From IMG/VR virus record IMGVR_UViG_2061766007_001531: a stretch of DNA of 48,866 bases. One strand, given 5' to 3'. This document shows positions 36,831 to 48,395 of the stretch, one piece after another; the stretch's first letter is position 1, and the number at the start of each line of letters is the position of its first letter. Below the pieces are notes generated by a model. It saw nothing but the letters and a program-made list of their open reading frames with translations. It did no database searches and had not been told where the DNA came from. This DNA comes from an uncultured virus (IMG/VR IMGVR_UViG_2061766007_001531) (taxonomy: Duplodnaviria > Heunggongvirae > Uroviricota > Caudoviricetes). A program made the translations under genes and the position numbers.

Positions 36831-38904
36831 ATGATTAAAAATGTAGATTTCCAGCAAACTATGGAGACTGCTTTTCTTAAATATAGTGCTTCGGTCGCAC
36901 AAGAGAGAGCACTGCCCGATGTAAGGGATTTTTTGAAGATTGGTTTACGTCAAGGTTTGTACGCACAATACACCAATAAGCTAACTCATAAGGATAAGTT
37001 TCAGAAGGCTCAGAAGTCTGTAGCAGCAGCCATGACGCAGAGTTATGTACACGGAGATGTTGCGATGTACGATACATTTATTCGTGTATCTCGGCCCTGG
37101 ACCGCTCATTATCCTCTTGAAGAAGTTCAAGGTAGTTATGGAAANNNNNNNNNNCGACTCTCACGCGGCCGCACGCTATGTTGAAATGCGCGCTGCTGAA
37201 CTCACAGACTATATGTTTGCGGGTCTTAAAAAGAACGCAATTAATGAATGGTATTGGAACTATGATGATTCAGAGCAAATTCCGTCAGTATTCCCGTCAA
37301 TTGGCTATTGGAATATTGTTAATGGTTGTTCAGGTATCGCCGTGGCAATGGCTACTTCGGTACCACAATTTAACCTTAAAGAGGTAAACGATGCACTCAT
37401 TAAAATTATTCGTGATCCTAATGTTACGTACGATCAGATATATTGTGCTCCGGATTTTGCTACGGGCGGTACAATTACTAATGCCGCGGAAGTAAAAGAA
37501 AGTCTAAAGCGTGGCGGTGGAAAATCAATACGTATGCGCGCAACACTAAAATATTATCCTAATGATAATATGATTCAAGCAACAGAACTACCATATAGTG
37601 TATTCACCAATACTGTAATCAATCAGTTGGCTGAACTTACACAAAATGATCCAGAATATGGTATTGATAAAGTTATTGATCATACTAAGAAAGAAGCAGA
37701 TATTCGTATTTATTTAAGTAAAGGGACAAACCCGCAGAAGATGATGGCAAAGCTTTATCACGACACATCACTTGAATACTGGTTCTCAATTAATATGGTA
37801 TTGCTTGATAAAGGAAGATTCCCTAAGGTCTTTGGATGGCGTGAAGCCTGCGATGCTTATATTGCTCATATTAGAGAATGCAAGCGTAATATAATCCAAT
37901 TTGAACTTGATAAGGCTGAAGCTCGCTTAAATGTAGTAGAAGGACTACTAATTGCCGTAGCAAATATTGATGAAGTAGTTGCTATCATTAGAGCGTCGGA
38001 AAGTCCTTCTGCGGCGGCAACAGCATTGATAAATAGGTTCGGATTCAATAAACCGCAAGTAGATGCGATTCTTGCGATGAAACTATCCGCTCTGACCCGA
38101 ATTGATGGGATAAAATTAAATACAGAGAAGGAAGAACTTAATAGGTTTATTGCTGACCAGAGACACTTACTATTAAGCCCCCAGGACTTGGATCAAACTC
38201 TTATAGATACACTAAATCTTGTATCTGAAAAATTTGGTGATTCAAGAAAAACACAAATTTCTAATATACTCGGTGAAGAGGAAGAGCCTGAAGAAATCCA
38301 AGAAAAAGATGTTGCTGTCCTTCGTTATGATAGCACCATCAAAGTAGTAGAAATGCCGCTAAAGAAGAATCTTAAGCCACAAGAAGTCTACTATACAACA
38401 AATCTTGGCTTCCTTACGCTAATCACTGATACAGGAAAAATGTATAATGCTTCTTTAAGTAAGTTAAAAATTGGTAAAGAATATAAAATCTCAGAAGTAT
38501 TTGAGAATGCAGGAGAACATCCGCGCCTGTTGATTGATACTATGAGTTTTAATGCCTACAATTCACTTACTTGTATCACCAAGCATGGATTTATTAAAAA
38601 GAGTGCCATCTCTGAATACATTGCACGTTCAAAGAAAGGTGTAGTGGTAATGAAACTTGAAGAAGGCGATTCTATTGTATCGGCAATTCTTAGTAGTGAT
38701 GATGACGATAAGATCGCAGTTATCGGAAATAATGACTATTATAATTGTTATCCTTTAAGTGATATTAGCTATACCGGACGAACAACTAAAGGCGTTAAAG
38801 CGATTAAACTTGAAAAAGATGGTTCTGTAAAAGAAGCCAAGCGGGTAGGCGATAATACTTATAAAATTACCGGTCGCGCGGTAAAAGGAGTTAAAAATGG
38901 ATAA
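36831..38904 (+). CDS. Type IIA topoisomerase subunit A (GyrA/ParC-like); frame broken only by the N gap at 37145-37154
   Basis: RALPDVRD.LK, YVHGD, QGSYG | AAARYVE (catalytic Tyr), NGCSGIAVAMAT, PDFATGG; short beta-pinwheel CTD. Confidence 0.92.
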
Positions 38905-39289
38905 GAAATATCTAGATTTATTTAAGAAATTGGCGCAAGCAACTGCTGTAACCGCCGAACAGGTAATGGAATATGATGAGTCCAAAAATGATACAAAGGG
39001 CTTTGAAACAGCGCAAATTATGCGCAATGATTATCAAGCACTTGCAGATACGCTCGAAGAAGGATTTACCATGTCCAAAGGTGATGCTGCTAAGTTGCTT
39101 GTAGCAACTATGATTCAAGCAAATCAGCTACAGGATCGTATTGATAACTTAAAAAAGGCAATGGTCGGTTATCAGACAGACCTTATTCCAAAATTACAGG
39201 AAATTATGAATAAGGCTACTAACGACGAAGAAGCTATTAAACTAGCAGAAGAAAAATTTATAATTGAAAATGAACAAGTTAATACTTGA
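38897..39289 (+). CDS. Hypothetical helical protein
   Basis: SD AAGGAG. Confidence 0.7.
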   Translation: MDKKYLDLFKKLAQATAVTAEQVMEYDESKNDTKGFETAQIMRNDYQALADTLEEGFTMSKGDAAKLLVATMIQANQLQDRIDNLKKAMVGYQTDLIPKLQEIMNKATNDEEAIKLAEEKFIIENEQVNT

Positions 39290-39314
39290 CTATTTTGAAA
39301 ATTTATTATATAAT
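39286..39314 (+). promoter_or_regulatory. sigmaA promoter
   Basis: TTGACT-17-TATAAT. Confidence 0.85.
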
Positions 39315-39382
39315 AATTGTAGAAAAGATGAGAGAATCATCTTACAATCAAATCAAATTTAAAACAAAAGGAGAAATGAATT

Positions 39383-39751
39383 ATGACTATTAACAGTGAA
39401 AGAGTTCTAAACTTTTTAAAGGAAAACTATGGTAAAGAATTTAGTAAGCAGGAAATTGCAGATGCTCTAAATATCTCTCTAAGCGCAGTAATCGGCTCCA
39501 TCAATCCTCTTGAGAAGAAGGGTTATTCTAAGATCGTTCGTGAGGAAGTTGTTGAGCTAGAAGCCGCAACCGAAACTCGTAAGGCAAAGACCAAGACCGT
39601 GAAGTATCACACTCTAACCGAAGAGGGTCTAGCCTATGATCCAATCGCTGAAGAAGCCGAGAAAGCCGCTGCGAAGCAGGCTGAAAAAGAACGTAAGGCT
39701 GCTGAAAGAGCCGCTGCGAAAGCCGCAAAGGAAGCAGAAGCTGAGTTTTAA
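39383..39751 (+). CDS. Winged-HTH DNA-binding protein with Ala/Lys/Glu tail
   Basis: SKQEIADALNISLSAV...L.KKGY...LTEEG. Confidence 0.75.
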   Translation: MTINSERVLNFLKENYGKEFSKQEIADALNISLSAVIGSINPLEKKGYSKIVREEVVELEAATETRKAKTKTVKYHTLTEEGLAYDPIAEEAEKAAAKQAEKERKAAERAAAKAAKEAEAEF

Positions 39752-39795
39752 TTAACTAATTTAGAATAAATATCGAAGCAAAGGAGAAAATTAAA

Positions 39796-40698
39796 ATGAG
39801 TAAGAGTATTCAGATTCAGGCAGGTAATAAACTAAATCTCGCCGGTATCCTTATGGATGTAACTCCCGGTGAAGGTAAACTTTCTGATGGTCGTCCTTAT
39901 AAGAGGGCGACAGTGACGATCCGTGTAAACCAGAGTTATGGCGGAAAGTCTGAAACTAGCGACATTCAGGTTGGTATGTTCGCAACCGAGTTCACTTCCA
40001 CTGGTAAGCAGAATCCTGCTTGGAAGAGTCTGCTAGATCTTCAGCTAATGAAGACGGCGCAGAATGTTGGTCCTGATAATGCCTCTCATGTGCGTCTGAC
40101 GGGTGCGACCCTACAGGAGAATAATTTCGTATCCCGCACTGGTCAGCTAATTAATGGTTGGCAGATTCGTGGTTCATTCATTAATGAAGCCAAGGTTAGT
40201 GACGTTGCGTCCTTCGTAACCGATATCTTCATTATGGATATGCATGATGAAATTAAGAATGATGAACCTACCGGTCGTCTAGTAATTAAGGGTGGTATTG
40301 TTCAGTATGGTGGAAAGCTTGACGTTGTTGAGTTCATCGTTGAAGCGCCCGATACTGTAGAATATATTTCTCGTAACTGGGAAGTCAATGGTACCGTAAC
40401 CGTTAAAGGACGTATTCGTGTTCTTTCTCAGGAAGAAGAAGTTCAGTCCAGCGGTTGGGGCGAAGATGTTCCTGAAACCACGACTCGTTTCGTGCGTGAA
40501 CTGATTATCACTACAGGTGATGATGAGTGTAAAGAAGAAGACTTCGCATATGATCCAGTTGAGATTAAGAAAGCGTTTAATGAACGCAAGGCTGCTATCG
40601 AACAGATGCAGATCAATGCTCGTGCTACTGCTCCTAAGCAGGGTGCGGGAAGCGCTAATGCCGCAGAAGCCTCCTCTAAGAAATATGATTGGGAGTAA
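39796..40698 (+). CDS. Probable single-stranded DNA-binding protein (double OB-like)
   Basis: Beta-rich, strong codon bias, short acidic/aromatic C-terminal end (YDWE), next to the AAA ATPase. Confidence 0.6.
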   Translation: MSKSIQIQAGNKLNLAGILMDVTPGEGKLSDGRPYKRATVTIRVNQSYGGKSETSDIQVGMFATEFTSTGKQNPAWKSLLDLQLMKTAQNVGPDNASHVRLTGATLQENNFVSRTGQLINGWQIRGSFINEAKVSDVASFVTDIFIMDMHDEIKNDEPTGRLVIKGGIVQYGGKLDVVEFIVEAPDTVEYISRNWEVNGTVTVKGRIRVLSQEEEVQSSGWGEDVPETTTRFVRELIITTGDDECKEEDFAYDPVEIKKAFNERKAAIEQMQINARATAPKQGAGSANAAEASSKKYDWE

Positions 40699-40743
40699 GG
40701 CGTGAGCCTTACTTCCCATTTTAAAAGAAAGGAGGAGAACTAA

Positions 40744-41745
40744 ATGGCAGATATTGATATTTTTAATTTAAAACCTTCCGTTATTGACCGCTCAGTTAAG
40801 GGCAAGTACATTCTTATTTATGGTAAGAGTAAGAGTGGAAAAACTTCATTTGCTGTATAGGCGCCCCGCACCCTAACTTGTGCTTTTGAACTTGGTCTTA
40901 ACGCTTTAAGTGGACAGTATTATGTTCCAATGCCCAAATGGGCTGATTTTAAGAAGGTACTTTCACAGTTGCGTAAACCACAAGCAAAAGAAATGTATGA
41001 TACTATTGTTATTGATACGGCAACATGGGCATATGATTTGTGCGAAAAATATGTATGCCAGAGAGAAAATGTAAGTAGTATCAGAGAAATTCCCTGGGGT
41101 CAGGGTTGGGGAATGGTAAAAAAAGAATTTTCTGAGGCCCTTCGTGAAATTACGATGCTAGGCTTTGGTGTAATTCTTATTTGCCATGATAAAGAAAAGA
41201 GTACTGATATGCATGATGAGGATGGCAATCCGATTACAATGGTTGAACCAGACGGCCCTCGTCAGATGCGCGAAGTTATTGATGCTTTGGTGGATATTAT
41301 TGGATATATTGGTACTGAGTTTGATCCAGTAACAAAAGAAAGTACTAGATATTTATATACTCGTTCTACTCCATATGTGTTTGCTGGTAGTAGATATAAA
41401 TATCTTGCCCCAAAAATCAAATTTGGATATGAGGAATTGGTTGCGGCTATTGCGGAAGCTATTGATAAAGATGTAGAACTAAATGGCGCACAGGTAACAG
41501 ACCATGTAGAAACAGTACAGATTAAAGAACGTCCATTCCAAGAAGTGATGGCGGATGCTAAAAATGCTTGGATGGAATATCTAGGCAGCGCTAAAGACGA
41601 AGAAGAAAAAGAACAGCATTTAATGTTTATGAAAGATATTATTCGTCGTGTATTTGGTTCTGAAGATTTTAAATTAAGTCAAGCGGTGCCGTCGCAGATT
41701 GACTTAGTAGAATTGTTTATTGATGAAATGAAAAATTTAGAATAA
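40744..41745 (+). CDS. AAA_24/Sak4-like ATPase; 1 in-frame TAG (40858)
   Basis: Walker A YGKSKSGKT lies upstream of the TAG (FAV*AP); Walker B TIVIDT; SD AGGAGG. Confidence 0.85.
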
Positions 41746-41841
41746 AAAAATTTTTCATAGAAAAAAATACATGGATTTCCCATGTAAATTCCTACAAATT
41801 ATATGGGAGGAAAACCCGAAGTGATTTTGGAGGTAATTTAC

Positions 41842-42909
41842 ATGGGATTTATCTATTTAGTAACAAATAAAATTAATGGAAAACAATATGTTGGAAAAAC
41901 TAAATTTGATATTAATACAAGATGGATACAACATAAAAGCGAAGCAAAACGATTAAAACCTAATGTTTATTTTGTTCGCGCGCTTAACAAGTATGGGTGT
42001 GATAATTTTACGGTAAAAGAAATTGAACAATGCCCTGATGATTTATTATTTGAGCGCGAAAAATATTATATTAAACAGTATGATACTTATAATAATGGTT
42101 ATAATTCTACTTTAGGTGGAGAAGGAAATCATAAGTATGAAACTGATGATATATTATCTTTATGGAATGATGGTTTTACTGCTAGTGAAATTGCTGATAC
42201 AATGGGAAGTTGTGTAGATACTATTTGTTTAACTTTAAAAGCAAATGAGATCACCACTACCAAGATACGCTCTCGCGCACAAAGTAAAATAAGTCAATAT
42301 AAAAAGAAAGCAATTTTACAATATTCACTTGATGGTATTTTATTAAATAAATTTAGTTGTATTCAAGAAGCAGTACAACAAACTGGCTATAGTGAAACTT
42401 CAATTAGAGATGTATGTAATCATCATCGCCATAGCTCTAATGGTTATATTTGGTGTCATGAAGATGAGCCAAAATCTATTCAACAGCTAATAGCAGAAAT
42501 TCCATTAGAAAAAACTAAACATCCCGTAGAACAATATACATTAGATGGAACACTAATAAAAAAATATAATTCTATTAACGAGGCGGCGCAAGCAATAGGA
42601 GTACATAGAAGTTCTATTGAAGATGCAGCTTCCGGTAAATCTTTTAATTGTCAAGGATATTTATGGAAATATCAAGATGATGAGCAAGATATAATAGAAA
42701 GAGTAAAACGAAATAATAATAAAAAAGATTATGCTAAAATTGCGGTAAATCAATATGATTTACAAGGAAATTTTATAGCAACATATAATAGTGCTGCTGA
42801 AGCAGCAATAGCAGTAGGTAAACCTGGTAATGGCTCATCTATTACTAAAGCTTGTAAGGGTAAACTTAAATCAGCATACAAATATAGATGGGCTTATGCA
42901 CAAGCATAA
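41842..42909 (+). CDS. GIY-YIG homing endonuclease with NUMOD1/IENR1 repeats
   Basis: FIYLVTNKINGKQYVGKT...GYNSTLGG; three QY.LDG...S..EAA repeats. Confidence 0.88.
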   Translation: MGFIYLVTNKINGKQYVGKTKFDINTRWIQHKSEAKRLKPNVYFVRALNKYGCDNFTVKEIEQCPDDLLFEREKYYIKQYDTYNNGYNSTLGGEGNHKYETDDILSLWNDGFTASEIADTMGSCVDTICLTLKANEITTTKIRSRAQSKISQYKKKAILQYSLDGILLNKFSCIQEAVQQTGYSETSIRDVCNHHRHSSNGYIWCHEDEPKSIQQLIAEIPLEKTKHPVEQYTLDGTLIKKYNSINEAAQAIGVHRSSIEDAASGKSFNCQGYLWKYQDDEQDIIERVKRNNNKKDYAKIAVNQYDLQGNFIATYNSAAEAAIAVGKPGNGSSITKACKGKLKSAYKYRWAYAQA

Positions 42910-42921
42910 GCCCAGAATTAT

Positions 42922-42950
42922 TTGACTTTTTTTATAAATTATGCTATACT
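42922..42950 (+). promoter_or_regulatory. sigmaA promoter
   Basis: TTGACT-17-(TG)TATACT. Confidence 0.75.
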
Positions 42951-42982
42951 TATTATAGAATAAAAGTATAGGAGTGAGATAG

Positions 42983-43468
42983 ATGCAACTCACAAGAAAA
43001 TGTCATGGTTGTAAACAAGATATATTAAAAGATGAAATGGTTCAGTATTCAAGTTTAACAGGTAAAACTTCATATTGGTATTGTCATGATTGTTATGAAG
43101 AAAAATTGGCGCGCGAAAGGTTCCAGATTAAAGTGTGCCAGATCTTTGGAATTAAAAGTCCAGGTCCTGTTATTTGGACACAGCGCAAAAGATTAAGAGA
43201 AGAATATGGATATACAGATGATGCGATCGTAGATTGTCTTGATTACATCTATAATGTAGAACATATGAATAAATTGACTGAATCATTGGGATTAGTTGGG
43301 CCACGCAGTATGTCAAATATGAAAAAGTGGAGAGCAACTAAGCAGGCGCAGGCGAGTAGTCTGGTTGCCGCGATGGTAAATATGGAAACAAAAGAATATA
43401 TTGTTCCAGTACAAGAGAAGAAAAAGAAGAAAGAAGAAATAAACTTAGATGACGCACTATTGGAGTAA
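42983..43468 (+). CDS. Zn-binding protein upstream of the helicase (possible loader)
   Basis: CHGC...YCHDC; position in the module. Confidence 0.6.
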   Translation: MQLTRKCHGCKQDILKDEMVQYSSLTGKTSYWYCHDCYEEKLARERFQIKVCQIFGIKSPGPVIWTQRKRLREEYGYTDDAIVDCLDYIYNVEHMNKLTESLGLVGPRSMSNMKKWRATKQAQASSLVAAMVNMETKEYIVPVQEKKKKKEEINLDDALLE

Positions 43469-43484
43469 GTAAAGGAGGAATTAT

Positions 43485-45080
43485 ATGACGCTATCCGACA
43501 CTATGGCATATCGCCAAGTAATCGGTTGCTTAATGTATAAACCTCTATTATTTTTAGAGTATCCCGACATACAACCGCAGGATTTTGATTTTAGACCAGC
43601 GAAAGTATGTCTTTTTGCGATTAAAAAATTATATGAGGCGGGAGCAACAGAGCTGTCGCCGCTTGAAGTAGATCAAGAAATCGAAAGGAGCGGCGCGGCA
43701 GCCGCTCAAGCGTATAAAGCGGAAAATGGTTTAAACTTTCTTAAAGAAGCTTATGAACACGCTACATTAGGCAACTTTGAATTATATTATAAAAGATTAA
43801 AGAAGTATTCTTTGTTAAGAAAGTTACAGAAAGCACATTATGATATTAGTAATTATTATATAGCGGATAAAGATATAAAAGATCCATTAGTAGAAGTAGA
43901 ATTAATTGATAAATTAGAGAAAGCATCATTAGAAGATATTTTAAATAGTGTTGAAAAAGATTATAGTGAAATTAGAAATGAGTTTCTCAATGGCGGCCGA
44001 ACCCAGGGAGATCCTGCGGAAGGGCTAGAAACTCTGATTGAAGAATTGCGTAAGTCACCAAGTATTGGGCCAAGTCTAGAAGGTAAGATGTTTAGTTCAG
44101 TATGTAGAGGTGCGCGCCCAGGATGCTTCTTCTTAAAATCATCATCAACAAGTGGCGGTAAGTCACGTACAAGTATATTTGATGCATGTCATATCGCATA
44201 TCCGAAAAGATGGTCACATGAGAAGAAAGCATTTATTGAAGAATATGATGCGAAGGGTGAGCCACGTGGCCCAAGAAAAGTATTATTCATTGTAACAGAA
44301 ATGGATAAGGAAGAACTTCAAACGATTATGTTGGCATATTTATCTGGGGTAGATGAAGATAGTATTTTGACAGGTAAGTATGAGTTGGGAGAATTAACAA
44401 GGGTTAAGCAGGCAGCAAAAATAATTGAAGAATATGCTGGTTATTTCATTATTGAAGAAATTAGTGATCCGAATCTTCAAAATGTAGAAGCAACTATTAG
44501 AAAATATGCGACAGTAGATGAAGTCGAGTATGTATTCTTCGATTATATTCATTCAACTGCGAGTATGATTGGTCAGTTCTCACGTAATAATGTTCGTGAA
44601 GATGTTATCTTGATGATGATGGCAAACCAGTTAAAACAATTGGCAAAAGATTATGGGTTGTTTATCTTCTCAGCAACGCAGGTTAATTCATTGGCTATGG
44701 GCGATGATGAAATGAACTTTAAAGATGAAAAGAGTATTCGTGGAGCAAAAGCAATTGCTGATAAGGCCGATATGGGTTATGTAATGACAAGAGTATCTGA
44801 GAAAGGCTGGCAATCGGTTATGCCAACTTTACAGAAAGCAGAACGAGAAGGATTAATTAAGAAAGAACAGATAGAAAAAATGCCAACTCATGTATTGGAT
44901 ATTTATAAGATGCGGCGTGGCCGCTATAAAATGATCAGAATATGGTGTTATATTCATTTAGGAACAGGAGAAAGAAAAGATTTATTTATAACAGATGCAG
45001 CGAATCAACCAATGAGTGAGCCGTTAGATTTGTTTTCTAGTGCGAGTGAGAGAGTAATTAGTATATAGGAAGAAGGATGA
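43485..45080 (+). CDS. dnaB: DnaB-like replicative helicase (ends at TAG 45068 in code 11, at TGA 45080 with readthrough)
   Basis: SGGKS Walker A variant, TEM, FFDYIH, LKQLAK, SATQVN, IRGAKAIADKAD, KMRRG. Confidence 0.88.
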
Positions 45081-45083
45081 TAA

Positions 45084-46205
45084 ATGACAACATCATTACA
45101 AGGCTTAGATCCAGAACTAGAACTTCTGGATATTACAGTACAAGATATTATTAATTCAATAACGCTAGAAGATGTTAAAATATTTCTTGAAAGTCTTGGA
45201 GTAGATCAAATTGCGGTTTATGAGGATAAAGGTTATTTGGTATGTCCAACAATATGTCATAATCCGTTAGATGAAGCCGAATCTATGAAGCTATATTGGT
45301 ATCAGAACAATAAGATATTTAGATGCTATACAGAATGTAATGAAGCAATGTCTATCTTCACTCTTTACCAGAAGTTTATGCGAATGAATTATCATAAGGT
45401 AGAGTTTGAAGAAGCAGTAGATTATGTCAAGAAATGTTTAAAACATATTACATTTTCTGGTAAAAAGAAATATAAGCCAGATATTGATTTTGATCGTTAT
45501 ACATTTGATTCATCAGTTCCAACTTTAACTGAATATCCGAAAGAAATGCTAAGTTACTTTCTTCCATATCATCATCCACTTTGGCTGCGCGATGGTATCA
45601 AGCCAGAAGTAATGGATAAATTTAGTATTGGTTTATGGAACGCAGAAAATAAGATCACGATTCCGCACTTCGATATAAATGGAAGATTGGTGGGAATTCG
45701 CGCGCGGACACTCGATCCAGAAGAAGCCGCAGAATACGGTAAATATAGACCTGTTCAAATTGGTGAGATATTATACGCACACCCACTTCACTTTAACTTA
45801 TATGGAATATATGAACACAAAGATGCGATTGAAAAAAGAAGAAGCGCGATTATAGCTGAAGGTGAAAAATCTGTGCTTCTTGATGATGGATATTATGGAA
45901 AATGGAGCAATACAGTTGCGTGTTGTGGTTCCAGTTTGAATAAATTTCAAGTTAGCTTGCTGACAAATGTATTGGGCGCAAATGAAATAACAATCGCTTT
46001 TGATAAGGAATATGAAGATTGGCGCTCAAATGAGGCGAGAGAGTATCGTACAAAGATTGAAAATATGTGTAAGAAATATCAAGGGCAAGCAACTTTTTAT
46101 TATATATGGGATATGGATAATCTTTTGGGACATAAAGATTCTCCATTTGATAAAGGTAAAGAAGTTTTTGAAAAGCTTTTTAAACATAGAATTAGAGTAA
46201 GATAA
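45084..46205 (+). CDS. DNA primase (DnaG-like)
   Basis: Zn finger CHN...CYTEC, IPHFD..G.LVGIR.R, LYG, AEGEKS, AFDKE TOPRIM. Confidence 0.85.
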   Translation: MTTSLQGLDPELELLDITVQDIINSITLEDVKIFLESLGVDQIAVYEDKGYLVCPTICHNPLDEAESMKLYWYQNNKIFRCYTECNEAMSIFTLYQKFMRMNYHKVEFEEAVDYVKKCLKHITFSGKKKYKPDIDFDRYTFDSSVPTLTEYPKEMLSYFLPYHHPLWLRDGIKPEVMDKFSIGLWNAENKITIPHFDINGRLVGIRARTLDPEEAAEYGKYRPVQIGEILYAHPLHFNLYGIYEHKDAIEKRRSAIIAEGEKSVLLDDGYYGKWSNTVACCGSSLNKFQVSLLTNVLGANEITIAFDKEYEDWRSNEAREYRTKIENMCKKYQGQATFYYIWDMDNLLGHKDSPFDKGKEVFEKLFKHRIRVR

Positions 46206-46221
46206 GGAGTAATGGTATGAC

Positions 46222-47997
46222 ATGAGATATAAATTAAGGAAGGAATTCAGCACAAATCCAGATAAAGCATTAAAAGAAATATTACAGGATCGTGGAGTCA
46301 CAGATATTGAAAACTTCATGAATCCTACTTTTGATAACTGTGAGCTAGATGCTCATAAGTTAATTAACATTGATAAAGCCGCAGAACGTCTACTATTTCA
46401 TCTACGTAGAAATAGCGATATTCTATTTGTTGTAGACTGCGATGCGGACGGATACACAAGTTCAAGTATTCTCTGGCTTTATATCAAACATATTTTTCCA
46501 GATGCACGACTTGAGTTTACCGTTCATGATCACAAACAACATGGTCTTGATGATAAAATAGATTGGATTTGTGATGAGGCAAAATGGGACTTAATTATGT
46601 GCCCTGATGCTGGTAGTTATGATGTAGATGAACATCGCAGATTAGGCGAACTAGGAATGGATGTTATCTGTTTAGATCATCATGAGCAACTATATGATGA
46701 AAACGGTAATCCTGTAATATCTGATCTACCAAATACAATTGTAGTAAATAATCAGCTATCACCAGAGTATTCAAATAAGGCTCTCTGCGGCGCTGGTGTA
46801 GTATATAAATTCTGTCAAATACTAGATGAAATGCTAGGTATTCAGCAAGCACAAAATTATATTGATTTAGCTGCGCTCGGCGAAATTGCTGACGTTATGG
46901 ACAGAACAGATGTTGAAACCAACTATATTATGATGGAAGGCTTAAAGCATATTCATAATGAGGGTCTAAAGACATTGATTGAGGCGCAGTCATATTCATT
47001 AAAGGAGAAAGCGACTTTCCCATATCCTGGCCTCGGCCCTGTAGATATTGCCTTCTATATTGCACCACTAATTAATGCTATTACGCGTGTTGGGTCTATG
47101 AAGGAAAAAGAAGGGTTGTTCTATTGCTTCATTGAACCGATGAAGCCAATGCCAAGTACAAAGCGTGGAGCAAAAGTTGGTGATATCGAATATGCCGCAG
47201 AGCAAACTGCGCGAGTAGGAAAGAATGCGAAATCGCGCCAAGACCGGCTAAAGGAACAGGCACTTGGAGTAATTGATTTTAAGATCCAAAAAGATGGACT
47301 AGCGGATAATAACATTATTGTAGTAGAGCTGGATAGTTCGGATAATGTTCAGCAAGAATTAACTGGCTTAATTGCGATGAATGTTGTAAATAAGTATCAT
47401 AAGCCAGTTATGATTGGGCGTCGCAACAATAATAATGAAATTCAAGGTAGTATTCGTAGTAGTGGTAACTTCGCTGGACTGCCTAGTTTTAAGAAATTCC
47501 TTGAAGACAGCGGTTTAGTTAACTATACAGCTGGTCATGATAATGCGGCTGGTTGGGGCCTCAATGGAGATAAATTAGATGCACTAATCAAGTATGCTAA
47601 TGAGAAACTTCATGCTGAGGACTTTGAGAATTGTTATATTGTTGATTATATTCTGGACGGTTCAGATTATAATGATGAATTGCTTGGCTCGATTAGCGCG
47701 CATCCAGAATACTTTGGAAATCATATTGATGAACCAAAGATTGTTGTAAAAAATATTCCACTAATGAGTGTGAATGTTATGGGAGCTGATAGAAGTAGTA
47801 TTAAGATTTCATATAATGGAATTGATTATGTGAAGTTCAAAGATACGGATTTTATACAGGAAGTAATGAGTAATAGGATGAAGAAGCTTACTGTATATGG
47901 GCGCGCAAACCTCAACGAATGGATGGGTAAGAAATCTGTACAAGTATTCATTGATGATTATGAGTTAGTAGAGGATAATAGTAAATATGAATTTTAA
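46222..47997 (+). CDS. recJ: RecJ-like ssDNA exonuclease (DHH)
   Basis: DCDADGYTS, HGL, LDHH, LCGAGV, GEIAD, GSIR, AGH.NAAG. Confidence 0.92.
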   Translation: MRYKLRKEFSTNPDKALKEILQDRGVTDIENFMNPTFDNCELDAHKLINIDKAAERLLFHLRRNSDILFVVDCDADGYTSSSILWLYIKHIFPDARLEFTVHDHKQHGLDDKIDWICDEAKWDLIMCPDAGSYDVDEHRRLGELGMDVICLDHHEQLYDENGNPVISDLPNTIVVNNQLSPEYSNKALCGAGVVYKFCQILDEMLGIQQAQNYIDLAALGEIADVMDRTDVETNYIMMEGLKHIHNEGLKTLIEAQSYSLKEKATFPYPGLGPVDIAFYIAPLINAITRVGSMKEKEGLFYCFIEPMKPMPSTKRGAKVGDIEYAAEQTARVGKNAKSRQDRLKEQALGVIDFKIQKDGLADNNIIVVELDSSDNVQQELTGLIAMNVVNKYHKPVMIGRRNNNNEIQGSIRSSGNFAGLPSFKKFLEDSGLVNYTAGHDNAAGWGLNGDKLDALIKYANEKLHAEDFENCYIVDYILDGSDYNDELLGSISAHPEYFGNHIDEPKIVVKNIPLMSVNVMGADRSSIKISYNGIDYVKFKDTDFIQEVMSNRMKKLTVYGRANLNEWMGKKSVQVFIDDYELVEDNSKYEF

Positions 47998-48166
47998 ATG
48001 CGTTTTTGGATATGAAGAAAAAGATAATTTTATCTGCTCATATGATAAACAACCATGTGAATGTTCTTTAGGCACTCCATGTAGGATTGTTGAACATTTT
48101 AAAGAGGATTATATAGAACAATTAAATTGGGATTATCATGCACATGAAAATCCATATGGAGGATAA
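47987..48166 (+). CDS. Small Cys-containing hypothetical protein
   Basis: SD GAGGA; open to TAA 48166. Confidence 0.45.
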   Translation: MNFKCVFGYEEKDNFICSYDKQPCECSLGTPCRIVEHFKEDYIEQLNWDYHAHENPYGG

Positions 48167-48167
48167 T

Positions 48168-48395
48168 ATGTTTTTCAACTGTCCTTGGTGCGGGAATACT
48201 TGGGAACAAGAAGAACAAGAACCACATAAATGTAAAGTATGCAATCATTATCCTTGGGAAGGAACACATGAAATGCATATGCAATTTGAAGATATAACAG
48301 CGTGGGAAAAATATAATTCTTCTCAAGAAAAAGAACAAGAATCGTCAGAAACAGCTTTCGATAGATTAAAAAAAGCGTTTCCAGATTATTTTTGA
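48168..48395 (+). CDS. Zn-ribbon protein
   Basis: CPWCG...CKVC; SD GGAGG. Confidence 0.6.
   Translation: MFFNCPWCGNTWEQEEQEPHKCKVCNHYPWEGTHEMHMQFEDITAWEKYNSSQEKEQESSETAFDRLKKAFPDYF

Noticed and set aside
36831..38904. Programmed frameshift or split gyrA
   Set aside because: The frame change coincides with a 10-N placeholder gap.
3984..48338. Minus-strand and alternative-frame ORFs in the track (e.g. 4310-4531, 7532-8002, 12954-13499, 26343-26714, 40279-40719)
   Set aside because: They are shadows of + strand genes or tRNAs, with no SD, no promoter and no recognisable motifs.
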